Source of the DNA: an uncultured Rhodospirillaceae bacterium
Lineage (GTDB): Bacteria; Pseudomonadota; Alphaproteobacteria; GCA-2731375
Length of the DNA stretch: 64,000 bases
Direction: 5' to 3'
Assembly: GCA_964344935.1 (NCBI GenBank)
Contig: CAYFPL010000001.1
Coordinates: forward strand, 1,391,533-1,455,532
The notes beneath the pieces were generated by a model, which saw only the letters and a program-made list of their open reading frames with translations, was not told the DNA's origin and did no database searches. This document shows positions 18,888 through 27,565 of this stretch, one piece after another (position 1 is the first letter of the stretch; each line of letters begins with the position of its first letter). Position numbers and translations under genes: made by a program.

Positions 18888-20444
18888 ATGCCGTTCGCGC
18901 AAAAAATCCTGTCCGATACCTACCGGGATTCCGTCGCCTTGATGCGGCTTTCAGCAACCTTGAGCGAACATCCCGAAATCCGTCAGGCCTCCGCCGTTAT
19001 GGCAACGGAGGCGAACATGCAGTTGCTGTTGGAAGCGGGCCTGTTGCAAGAGCCGGTTGAGGCCGCACCCGGAAATCTGATGATCGCCATTGAGGCAGTC
19101 GACGACAACGCGGTCGCAACAGCGTTCGAACAGGCCGAAGCGCTTTTGAACAGCGGGCCGCAACCGGCGGCCAGTGATGGGAACGAAACCGGCGCACCGC
19201 ATAGTCTTGAAATGGCGCTGGATGATTTCCCGGATGCGGATCTGGCGTTGATATCCTGCCCCGGCGAATATGCCGGCGCGGAGGCCATGAAGGCCCTGCG
19301 CCTGGGTCTGGACGTGATGATTTTCTCCGACAATGTGCCGCTTGACGAAGAAATGGCGCTCAAACGTCTGGCCGGAGAACAGGGCAAGCTGGTCATGGGA
19401 CCCGATTGCGGCACGGCGATCATCAACTGCGTCCCCCTTGGTTTTGCCAATGCTGTCGCGCCGGGTGACATAGGCATCGTTGCCGCATCCGGTACCGGCC
19501 TGCAGCAGGTCGCCTGCCTGATCGACGGCCTCGGCGGCGGTATCTCTCAAGCCATCGGCACGGGCGGCCGGGACTTGCACGCGGAAATTGGCGGCATTTC
19601 CATGCTCAACGGTCTGGATATCCTGACGGATGATGCCGCTACCTCTGTCATTGTCCTCATATCCAAGCCGCCCGCGCTGGAGGTTGCCGCCAAGATCCGG
19701 GCTGAGGCGAAGCGATGCGGTAAGCCAGTGGTGGTCAATTTCCTTGGTGCTGAGGCCGGATTGCACAACGACGACAACCTGTTCGCCGCCGAAACATTGG
19801 AACAGGCAGCCTTCGCGGCCTTCGATCTGTCGCGAGGTGATGATCCTTCAATTCGGAAACTGCAACGGCACCCACTGGATGGCGATGCGATCGACGAACT
19901 GCGATCTAGTCTGGAAAGCAGCCAAAAGTTCGCAAGGTGCCTCTACAGCGGCGGCACTTTCAGTTACGAAGCGATGTTACTCCTCGACAAAGACATCGCC
20001 GCCATTCATTCCCCTTCCCCGCTCGATCCCAAATTCAAACTCAATGATGTCTGGTCCAGCACCGGCAATACGGTCCTTGATCTCGGCGACGATCATTTCA
20101 CCAGGGGACGGCCGCATCCCATGATCGATCAGGGCTTGCGATTGGAACGGCTGCGGCAGGAAGCCAACGACCCGGAGACGGCTGTTATTCTGCTGGATGT
20201 GGTCATCGGCCATGGCGCCCATGACTCACCAGCCGACGAGCTGGCGAAATCGATTGCGGAAGTCCGCGCATCTGCGAAGGAGCGCGGCTATTGCCCCCTA
20301 TTCATCGCCTTTGTATGCGGCACGGATAAAGACCCACAGAACCGCACGAAACAATCGGAAATCCTGCGCCATGCCGGCGTCGTATTGACGGATAGCAATG
20401 CCCAGGCGGCGCGCCTGGTTTGCGACCTGCTATCGGGGCGTTAG
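18888..20444 (+). CDS. fdrA: FdrA-family protein (succinyl-CoA-synthetase-alpha-like fold)
   Basis: 518 aa. N-terminus MPFAQKILSDTYRDSVALMRLS, CoA-ligase-like GPDCGTAIIN and GIVAASGTGLQQV motifs as in E. coli FdrA. Confidence 0.85.
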   Translation: MPFAQKILSDTYRDSVALMRLSATLSEHPEIRQASAVMATEANMQLLLEAGLLQEPVEAAPGNLMIAIEAVDDNAVATAFEQAEALLNSGPQPAASDGNETGAPHSLEMALDDFPDADLALISCPGEYAGAEAMKALRLGLDVMIFSDNVPLDEEMALKRLAGEQGKLVMGPDCGTAIINCVPLGFANAVAPGDIGIVAASGTGLQQVACLIDGLGGGISQAIGTGGRDLHAEIGGISMLNGLDILTDDAATSVIVLISKPPALEVAAKIRAEAKRCGKPVVVNFLGAEAGLHNDDNLFAAETLEQAAFAAFDLSRGDDPSIRKLQRHPLDGDAIDELRSSLESSQKFARCLYSGGTFSYEAMLLLDKDIAAIHSPSPLDPKFKLNDVWSSTGNTVLDLGDDHFTRGRPHPMIDQGLRLERLRQEANDPETAVILLDVVIGHGAHDSPADELAKSIAEVRASAKERGYCPLFIAFVCGTDKDPQNRTKQSEILRHAGVVLTDSNAQAARLVCDLLSGR

Positions 20445-20452
20445 AGGCGGAT

Positions 20453-21865
20453 ATGTACGATAAACCGCCAGGATCCCTAAACGTCATCAATGTGGGTATC
20501 GCCTCCTTCGCCGAGGTGGTTGAAGATGCCGGCGGCAAGGCATCGAATGTTGACTGGCGGCCGCCTGCGGGTGGTGATGCCCAGGCGGCATTGGCGCTCG
20601 CCCGGTTGGTTAATGACCCGGCCGTTGATCAGGCGAACAGAGAAGCGTTTCAAAAATACCTCGACGCCAAGCCGATGTTGCAGGGTATCGGACGGGCCGG
20701 AGATGTCATCGCGGGGATGGGCGAACGCACCATTTTGCATTCCGGCCCGCCCATAGACTGGCGGGATGTTTGTGGCCCCGTCCGCGGCGCCCTCGTCGGC
20801 GCTATCTTGTTCGAGGGCTGGGCCGGTGATGAGGAGGGTGCCCTCAGGCTCCTGCGCGACGGCGAGGTGCAAATCGAACCCTGCCACCATTATGGCGCCG
20901 TGGGCCCGATGGCAGGTGTCACCAGCCCAAGCATGCCGGTGTGGATCGTTTGCAATACGACGCACGGAAACACGGCTTTTGCCAATCTGAACGAAGGCCT
21001 GGGCAAGGTGCTGCGTTTCGGCGCCAACAGCGAAGAGGTGATCGACCGCTTGCGCTGGATGGCGTCCACCCTTCGGGAGGTTCTCTCCGCTGCGCTGGCG
21101 GGCGGCGGCATCGATATCAAGACCATCATGGCCCAAGCTCTTTATATGGGCGATGAGGTGCATAACCGAAACGCCGCCGCGACGGGACTGTTGTTGAAGC
21201 AACTGACACCGCCGGCCCTGCGTTCTGGTCTTCCGGCTGACGATGTAGCCGGGGCGTTGGAATTTATTGCAGGCAACGACCATTTCTTTCTGAACGTCTC
21301 CATGGCGGCATGCAAGGCCATGCTCGACGCGGCCCACGGCATCGCCAACAGCACCATGGTGACCGCCATGGCCCGGAACGGCGTTGAATTCGGTATTCGT
21401 GTCAGCGGCACCGGCGATCAATGGTTCACGACGCCGGCGCCGTTGGTCGATGGGCTCTACTTCCCGTCCTATTCCATGGCCGATGCCGCACCGGATTTGG
21501 GCGACAGTGCGATCACGGAAACCGCCGGATTGGGTGGCTTCGCCATGGCGGCCGCGCCAGCCATTGTTCAATTCGTCGGCGGCACGCCGGCAGACGCCAT
21601 CGCCCGCAGCCGGGAAATGCAGTCGATTGCCATAGGGCGAAACAATGCATTGACCATACCAGCCCTGGATTTCGCCGGCACCGCGGCGGGCATCGATGCC
21701 CGGAAGGTTGTCGACACCAGCATTCTGCCCGTCATCAACACCGGCATCGCCCACAAGGATGCCGGCATTGGCCAGATCGGCGCTGGCATTACCCGTGCAC
21801 CCATGGCCTGTTTTTCGAAAGCGTTGTTGGCGTTGAGTTCGTCGGATACCCGTTCTGCGGATTGA
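20453..21865 (+). CDS. DUF1116-family protein (E. coli YlbE-like)
   Basis: Start chosen at ATG 20453 (MYDKPPGSLNVINVG), 8 nt after the fdrA stop and preceded by GAGGCGG. About 470 aa, at the conserved position between fdrA and carbamate kinase. Confidence 0.65.
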   Translation: MYDKPPGSLNVINVGIASFAEVVEDAGGKASNVDWRPPAGGDAQAALALARLVNDPAVDQANREAFQKYLDAKPMLQGIGRAGDVIAGMGERTILHSGPPIDWRDVCGPVRGALVGAILFEGWAGDEEGALRLLRDGEVQIEPCHHYGAVGPMAGVTSPSMPVWIVCNTTHGNTAFANLNEGLGKVLRFGANSEEVIDRLRWMASTLREVLSAALAGGGIDIKTIMAQALYMGDEVHNRNAAATGLLLKQLTPPALRSGLPADDVAGALEFIAGNDHFFLNVSMAACKAMLDAAHGIANSTMVTAMARNGVEFGIRVSGTGDQWFTTPAPLVDGLYFPSYSMADAAPDLGDSAITETAGLGGFAMAAAPAIVQFVGGTPADAIARSREMQSIAIGRNNALTIPALDFAGTAAGIDARKVVDTSILPVINTGIAHKDAGIGQIGAGITRAPMACFSKALLALSSSDTRSAD

Positions 21866-21879
21866 ACCGGGGCTTGGAG

Positions 21880-22839
21880 ATGACAAGCGGAAAGAAAACA
21901 GCCGTTGTCGCCGTCGGCGGCAATTCCCTGATCGTGGATGAGAACCATCAGGCCATACCGGACCAGTACGAAGCCGCCGTCACGACGGTCAAATGCATCG
22001 TTGATATGATGGAGGACGGGTGGAATATCGTTCTGACCCATGGCAGCGGCCCGCAGGTGGGCTATATCCTGCGACGATCGGAGTTGGCGATCGAAGAAGT
22101 CGCACCCGTGCCCATGGACTATGCCGATGCCGACATACAGGGCGCCGTGGGGTACATGTTCCAGCGTGCCTTTCGCAACGAATTCGTCAAGCGGGGGATC
22201 AAAAAGGACGCCGTCGCCGTGGTCTCCCAGGTGTTGGTTGATCGCGCCGACCCCGCCTTCGGCAACCCTACGAAACCGATCGGGCCGCAGTTGGACGAAG
22301 CGACGGCCAAGGCGCGGGCGGCGGAACTTGGTTGGGTCGTGAAGGACGATGCCGGGCGCGGCTGGCGAAGAGTGGTACCGTCACCGTCGCCTAGAAAAAT
22401 CCTTGAGCTGGCGCAGATAAATCTTCTGGCCGAGGGCGGATACGTGGTCATCGCCTGCGGCGGCGGCGGCATCCCGGTCGTCGAAAATGAAAAGGGTTAT
22501 CTGGTTGGTGTCGAAGCCGTCGTGGACAAGGACCTCGCCTCAAGCCTGCTTGCAAGCGACCTCAAGGCAGATCTTTTTGTTATCACCACCGCAGTGGACC
22601 GGGTCGCCGTCGACTATGGCACGGCGGAAGAGGAATGGCTGGATACCCTTGAACTGGCACGGGCCAAGGAACTTTACCAGGCCGGCCAATTCGATCCTGG
22701 CAGCATGGGCCCGAAAGTTCTCGCCATGATCCAATTTCTCGAACACGGCGGCGCCAAGGGCATTATCACAAGCCCTGAAAACCTGACCAAATCGATCAAG
22801 AATGCTTCGGGTACTATGTTCGTTCGGTCGGCTCCTTGA
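21880..22839 (+). CDS. arcC: carbamate kinase
   Basis: Track ORF is over-extended. True start at ATG 21880 (MTSGKKTAVVAVGGNSLI), 319 aa. Motifs VLTHGSGPQVG, PTKPIGP, VIACGGGGIPVV and VVDKDLASSLLA are canonical carbamate kinase. Confidence 0.92.
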   Translation: MTSGKKTAVVAVGGNSLIVDENHQAIPDQYEAAVTTVKCIVDMMEDGWNIVLTHGSGPQVGYILRRSELAIEEVAPVPMDYADADIQGAVGYMFQRAFRNEFVKRGIKKDAVAVVSQVLVDRADPAFGNPTKPIGPQLDEATAKARAAELGWVVKDDAGRGWRRVVPSPSPRKILELAQINLLAEGGYVVIACGGGGIPVVENEKGYLVGVEAVVDKDLASSLLASDLKADLFVITTAVDRVAVDYGTAEEEWLDTLELARAKELYQAGQFDPGSMGPKVLAMIQFLEHGGAKGIITSPENLTKSIKNASGTMFVRSAP

Positions 22840-22868
22840 AGCAGCTGTTGTCGGCAACAATTGCTTTT
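22839..22868 (+). terminator. weak hairpin/terminator candidate after carbamate kinase
   Basis: AAGCAGCTGTTG-TCGG-CAACAATTGCTT (12-bp stem with one G-U pair and one mismatch), then TTCA. The U-tract is poor. Confidence 0.3.
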
Positions 22869-23270
22869 CAAGAAGGCATGGAATGAACGATCTCTTTAGA
22901 GCTCAAAACAAGGCAATTTTGTATGGCGCTCCGCCGAGAGCACCATTTACGCCAGTTGTGTTGGCTTGCTGTCGAGAGTAAGCGAGTTATTCGGGAGCCG
23001 ATTGCTCGGCCGGCGCTGCCATGTGGGAATGGGATTCCTGAGCGGCCAGGACCGTTGCGCCCAACAGCAGCAGGAAGGCGAGGACAACACGCGTCCAACG
23101 GCGGTCGGATTGCTTGTCGTAACTGACGGCGCGGATAATCGGCACTGGCTGTCCCCGGCTGTTTTGTGTTTTTCGCGTTCATCCGCGAAGGCGCAGCTAT
23201 CTTGGCGCCTGGCCGTAAATATCCCCTTAAGGGAAAAGGTTAATTTGCCGAATTCAACGCGGTTTAGCGT

Positions 23271-25025
23271 TCAGGCTTCGAGGAGAACGTTCCCCGAAAC
23301 CGGGACCGGGCTTTGCGCTTCCAGTTTCGCAATGACATCGAAGACGTCCTTGCCTGGCAGCGGCGGGCTGAAATAGTAGCCTTGGGCATATCGGCAACTG
23401 TTTGCGCGCAGGAAATTGAGCTGTTCCAGGGTTTCCACCCCTTCCGCGACCACGTCCAGCCTTAGATGCTGGGCCAGGGCGATGACCGTGCGCACGATGG
23501 CGCCGTCGGAGGCATCGCTGGTCACGTCCTGCACGAAGGAACGGTCGATCTTGAGCGCATCCAGCGGGAACCGTTTCAAATAAGCCAGGGATGAATAGCC
23601 GGTGCCGAAGTCGTCAATGGCGACCCGCATGCCAGCCTTGCTCAAACGGCCCAGAATATCGGCTGCTGATTCAGGGTCATGCATGATCGAGCTTTCCGTC
23701 AACTCGATCTCCAGGATCGAAGAATCCAGACCCGCCCGGGCGATCCAGTGCTCCACATGTTCCAAAAGGTCGTCGTGATTGAACTGCTGGGCGGAAAGAT
23801 TCACGGCCACCCGCATGTCCGGATAATTTTGCCGACGCCATTCGGCGATTTGGTCGCAAGCCAGTCCTAGGATCAGATCACCCAGGGCCGGCATCAGCCC
23901 CAGCTCCTCAGCCAATGGAATGAACTGATCCGGCAGGATCAGGCCTCGTTCGGAATGGCGCCAACGGACCAGAGCCTCCAGCCCGATGACCATGCCGCTC
24001 TCGATGTCCACCTGCGGCTGATAATGCAGTTCGAATTCGTTATCCCGGATCGCCCGCTGCAAGGCGACACCAAGGCCGATCCGGCGCAGCGCGGCGCTGT
24101 TCATGTCGGGGCGGTAGAACTGGTAGCCTTCGCCCCCCATCTGCTTGGCCTGGTACATGGCCGCGTCCGCATAGCGCAACAGCTCGTCCGCGTCCTCGGC
24201 ATCTTCCGGGAATAGGGCGATACCGATACTTGGTGATACGTTCGCCGCATTGCCGCCGATCATCACCGGTTTGGATACGCTTTCGACAATCTTGCTGGCA
24301 ACCGGCGCGGCGGAAACCGCATGATCAAGATTGGTAACCAGGGCGATGAATTCATCGCCGCCAAGGCGTGCCACAGTGTCACTATCGCGCAGGCATTCCC
24401 GGATACGGCTGGCCACCGTCTTCAACAGGGTATCGCCGGCCTCGTGCCCCATGGTGTCGTTGACGAACTTGAAGCGGTCCAGATCTATGAACAGGACCGC
24501 AAGCTCATGGTTATAGCGACGGGCCTGGTTGATGGCATGGGTCAATCGGTCGAACAAAAGGGCCCGGTTGGGCAGGCCGGTCAACGTGTCGTAATGAGCC
24601 ATGCGGGCCCGGCTGATGGCGCAATCGATGCTGACGCCAAGACGCTTCTTGTCCAGCTCCGATTTCGCCAGGCTGTCCTGGGCACCGAATTGGACCAACT
24701 GCACGGCCACTTCGCCGTTGAAATCCTGCTGCAGGGCGATGGTCGGGACAAAGAGAAACAGGCCCAGGAGCTGCGCCAGGTCGAAACCGGGACCGCTGGA
24801 AGCGTCGTCGAAATCGATGATCAAGGCGTTGAAGCGCCGCTCGGACAGCAAATTGTGGGCTTCAGCAACAGTGCGGACGCGGAACAGGACATGCCGCTCC
24901 TCATCCAGGGCTGCAAGCACCATCCGCTCGGCTGCGTCGTCGCGTCCTATGAACAGGATTTCAATCAAAACGCATAATTCCCTGCCGCACCCAGGCACGG
25001 GCGCTGTTACGGCGCCTTTAGACAC
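23271..25025 (-). CDS. REC-GGDEF-EAL protein (diguanylate cyclase/phosphodiesterase)
   Basis: 584 aa. Receiver-like N-terminus (ILFIGRDD...ALIIDFDD). GGDEF intact with an RxxD I-site (RDSDTVARLGGDEF). EAL motifs all canonical (EALVRW, NLS, ELTES, DDFGTGYSSL, KIDRSF, AEGVE, QGYYFSPP). Confidence 0.92.
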   Translation of the reverse strand: MSKGAVTAPVPGCGRELCVLIEILFIGRDDAAERMVLAALDEERHVLFRVRTVAEAHNLLSERRFNALIIDFDDASSGPGFDLAQLLGLFLFVPTIALQQDFNGEVAVQLVQFGAQDSLAKSELDKKRLGVSIDCAISRARMAHYDTLTGLPNRALLFDRLTHAINQARRYNHELAVLFIDLDRFKFVNDTMGHEAGDTLLKTVASRIRECLRDSDTVARLGGDEFIALVTNLDHAVSAAPVASKIVESVSKPVMIGGNAANVSPSIGIALFPEDAEDADELLRYADAAMYQAKQMGGEGYQFYRPDMNSAALRRIGLGVALQRAIRDNEFELHYQPQVDIESGMVIGLEALVRWRHSERGLILPDQFIPLAEELGLMPALGDLILGLACDQIAEWRRQNYPDMRVAVNLSAQQFNHDDLLEHVEHWIARAGLDSSILEIELTESSIMHDPESAADILGRLSKAGMRVAIDDFGTGYSSLAYLKRFPLDALKIDRSFVQDVTSDASDGAIVRTVIALAQHLRLDVVAEGVETLEQLNFLRANSCRYAQGYYFSPPLPGKDVFDVIAKLEAQSPVPVSGNVLLEA

Positions 25026-25168
25026 CGCAGACGAACCTAGCGGATGCAGGGTTAATGTTCGGTTTACACGGATTTTCCGCTTGGTTTCATTTGAGACGAA
25101 GAAAAACCATTGTGCGCAGTGTGGTTATTCGCAACCAACGTCCAGTAATGAACGCCGTGCGCATCTGC

Positions 25169-26359
25169 CTAGGTTCCGGCCAGTCTACTGTATCCATCCC
25201 TGGTCTGCGGCGTCTTCATCCCCAGAATCCTTCCCGCGACCAGGGTGCGCAGCACTTGCGCCGTGCCGCCGCCGATGGTGAACATGCGCGCGTCCCTGAC
25301 CATGCGTTCCAGGGGATTGTCGCGGGAATAACCGGCGGCGCCAAATACCTGCAAGGCGTCGTTGGTCACCTTGATGGCCATTTCCGAGGTAAAGACCTTG
25401 GCCTGAGCCGCCGCAAGGGGTTCGGGGAAACCGTCCACCAGATTGTCGGCTGCGCCATGGATCAGGTGCCGGGCGGCGGATAGCTGGATGGACATATCCG
25501 CAAGCATCCATTGCAGGCCCTGGAATTCTGCGATCGGGCGGCCGAACTGCTCGCGCTCCTTGGCATAGGCGAGGGCTTTTTCATACGCCCCCTGAGCCAC
25601 CCCAAGGGCAACGGTGGCCGCACCCACCCGTTGCGAATTATAGGCGTTCATCAAATCGGCAAAGCCCTTGCGCAAGCCACGTGGCGGGATCACCAGGCTG
25701 GAAGGGGGGACCGCCATATCCTCGAACATCACTTCCGCCTCGGGGATGCCGCGCAGGCCCATGGTTGGCGCACGGCTGCCAATGACCAGCCCATCCGTCT
25801 CGTCGCGGATCGCGATAAAGCCGCCGATGCCCTCTTCTGTGCCGTCCTCGTCAAAGACGCGGGCGAATATCAGATGCAGGCGCGATACGCCGCCTCCGGT
25901 GATCCAGTGTTTCTTGCCGTTCAGGATGTACTGGTTGCCCTTCTTATCGGCGCGGGTCGTCATTTCCGTCGCGGCACTGCCCGCGTCCGGTTCGGTAATG
26001 CAGATCGCCGGTTTGTCGCCCGAGAGCACCAGGTCGGTGGCCAGGCGCTTCTGCTCTTCCGTGCCATAGGCCATAATAGCGCCGATGGCGCCCATATTGG
26101 CCTCCACCGCAATGCGGCCCGAGACGCCGCAAACCCGGGCCATCTCCTCCACAACCAGGGACGCTTCCAGGTAGCCCAAGCCGCGCCCGCCGTAATCCTC
26201 CGGAATGGTCATGCCGAAGAATCCGGCATCCTTCAGGTCATTGACGTTGTCCCAGGGGTATTGCTCGGTGCGATCCACCTCCGCCGCCCGGGCTGCGATC
26301 TGCCCTTCCGCCAATTCCTTGGCCGATTGGCGCAATGCCTCCTGGTCTCTATCGAGCAT
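25169..26359 (-). CDS. acyl-CoA dehydrogenase
   Basis: Start at ATG 26359 ([19 protein letters not shown]), preceded by GGAAGGA. ACAD motifs (WITGGG, catalytic-base region [11 protein letters not shown]). Overlaps the upstream LLM gene by 11 nt. Confidence 0.88.
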   Translation of the reverse strand: MLDRDQEALRQSAKELAEGQIAARAAEVDRTEQYPWDNVNDLKDAGFFGMTIPEDYGGRGLGYLEASLVVEEMARVCGVSGRIAVEANMGAIGAIMAYGTEEQKRLATDLVLSGDKPAICITEPDAGSAATEMTTRADKKGNQYILNGKKHWITGGGVSRLHLIFARVFDEDGTEEGIGGFIAIRDETDGLVIGSRAPTMGLRGIPEAEVMFEDMAVPPSSLVIPPRGLRKGFADLMNAYNSQRVGAATVALGVAQGAYEKALAYAKEREQFGRPIAEFQGLQWMLADMSIQLSAARHLIHGAADNLVDGFPEPLAAAQAKVFTSEMAIKVTNDALQVFGAAGYSRDNPLERMVRDARMFTIGGGTAQVLRTLVAGRILGMKTPQTRDGYSRLAGT

Positions 26360-27356
26360 CGCCTTGTCCTTCCAGTTTTTGCCACGCTTGGGCCAGTATT
26401 TCGTAGGAATGCACCCGGGCGCCATGGTCATAGATGGAACCCGCAACCATCAATTCATCCGCCCCGGTTTGTTCAATAAAGGCGGCAAGACGGTGCGGCA
26501 AACTTTCCGCCGTGCCTACGAAGGCGCAGGAAAGCATCGACGAGACCCGCATCTTCTCGGCCGGCGTCCAATAGTCCTCGATATTGTCGATAGGCGGGCG
26601 CATGCGGCCCCGTGTGCCGCGGAACATATTGACGAACTGCTGCTGCGGCGTGGTGAAGAGGCGCCTGGCGTCGTCTTCCGTGTCCGCCGCAACGACACTG
26701 ACGCCGACCATGGCGTAAGGTTCCGCCAACTGTTCCGATGGCTTGAAGGTTTCCCGATAGACCTGCAAGGCCTGGAACAGGGCTTCCGGCGCGAAGTGAG
26801 AGGCAAAGGCGTAGGGTAACCCTAGCATCGCAGCCAATTGCGCACCGAACAGGGACGAACCCAGGATCCAAAGGGGCACATTGGTATCAGTGCCCGGCAC
26901 TGCCTGGATGTGCTGGCCTTCCTGCAACGGCCCCAGCAGGGCCTGGAGCTCTAGGACGTCTTGGGGGAAATGCTCCGCGTCCATGGGATTGCGGCGCAAG
27001 GCCCGCAGGGTCATCTGGTCCGTGCCGGGCGCCCGTCCCAGGCCCAGGTCGATACGGCCGGGATAGAGCGAGGCCAGGGTGCCGAATTGTTCCGCTATGA
27101 CCAGGGGCGAATGGTTGGGCAACATGATACCGCCCGCGCCGACGCGAATGCTCTCGGTCCCTTCGGCCACATAGCCGATGGCCACTGAGGTGGCAGCTGA
27201 GGCTATTCCCACCATGTTGTGATGCTCCGCCAGCCAATAGCGGTGATAGCCCAGTTTCTCCGCATGCTGAGCCAGATCGCGGCTGTTGCGCAAGGATTCC
27301 CCTGGACTGCCGCCTTCGCGGACAGGAGCGAGGTCGAGGATCGATAACTTGGTCAT
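26349..27356 (-). CDS. luciferase-like (LLM) flavin-dependent oxidoreductase, YhbW/MsnO8-like
   Basis: Start at ATG 27356 ([48 protein letters not shown]), which is the hallmark N-terminus of this LLM subgroup. The track extension upstream has no support. Confidence 0.85.
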   Translation of the reverse strand: MTKLSILDLAPVREGGSPGESLRNSRDLAQHAEKLGYHRYWLAEHHNMVGIASAATSVAIGYVAEGTESIRVGAGGIMLPNHSPLVIAEQFGTLASLYPGRIDLGLGRAPGTDQMTLRALRRNPMDAEHFPQDVLELQALLGPLQEGQHIQAVPGTDTNVPLWILGSSLFGAQLAAMLGLPYAFASHFAPEALFQALQVYRETFKPSEQLAEPYAMVGVSVVAADTEDDARRLFTTPQQQFVNMFRGTRGRMRPPIDNIEDYWTPAEKMRVSSMLSCAFVGTAESLPHRLAAFIEQTGADELMVAGSIYDHGARVHSYEILAQAWQKLEGQGDAR

Positions 27357-27565
27357 GAATACGACAGAACCTGGTGCGCCGGGCGAAACATCAATACCAC
27401 GACACCAGGCCCGAATGCTGTCAAGCGCCGCTGTACCTTCGCCACTGGCATCGTCCTCTATGATTTGGTTTTGCGGGCAAACTAGCATCGTTGCTGCCTT
27501 AGTCCAATTGCCTCGCCACCCCCGCTGGCCTAGTTTGAGGCCAAGAAATTTCGGAGGACGCCTCA

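Noticed and set aside
14898-23270. Possibility that the FdrA locus is a genomic island integrated at tRNA-Gln.
   Set aside because: There is no integrase, excisionase or mobility gene. By eye the base composition is like the flanks. The only downstream resemblance to the tRNA 3' end is a weak, gapped match (CTGGCTGTCCCCGGCT at 23145-23160 versus CTGGGTCCCCAGCC), which is not a convincing att repeat.
22868-23376. Track ORFs 22868..23182 (-, 104 aa) and 22966..23376 (+, 136 aa) in the gap after carbamate kinase.
   Set aside because: Their composition is Arg/Pro/Ser-rich and protein-unlike. The plus-strand ORF runs antisense into the GGDEF-EAL gene. Only a shorter alternative frame (reported as a low-confidence finding) looks peptide-like.
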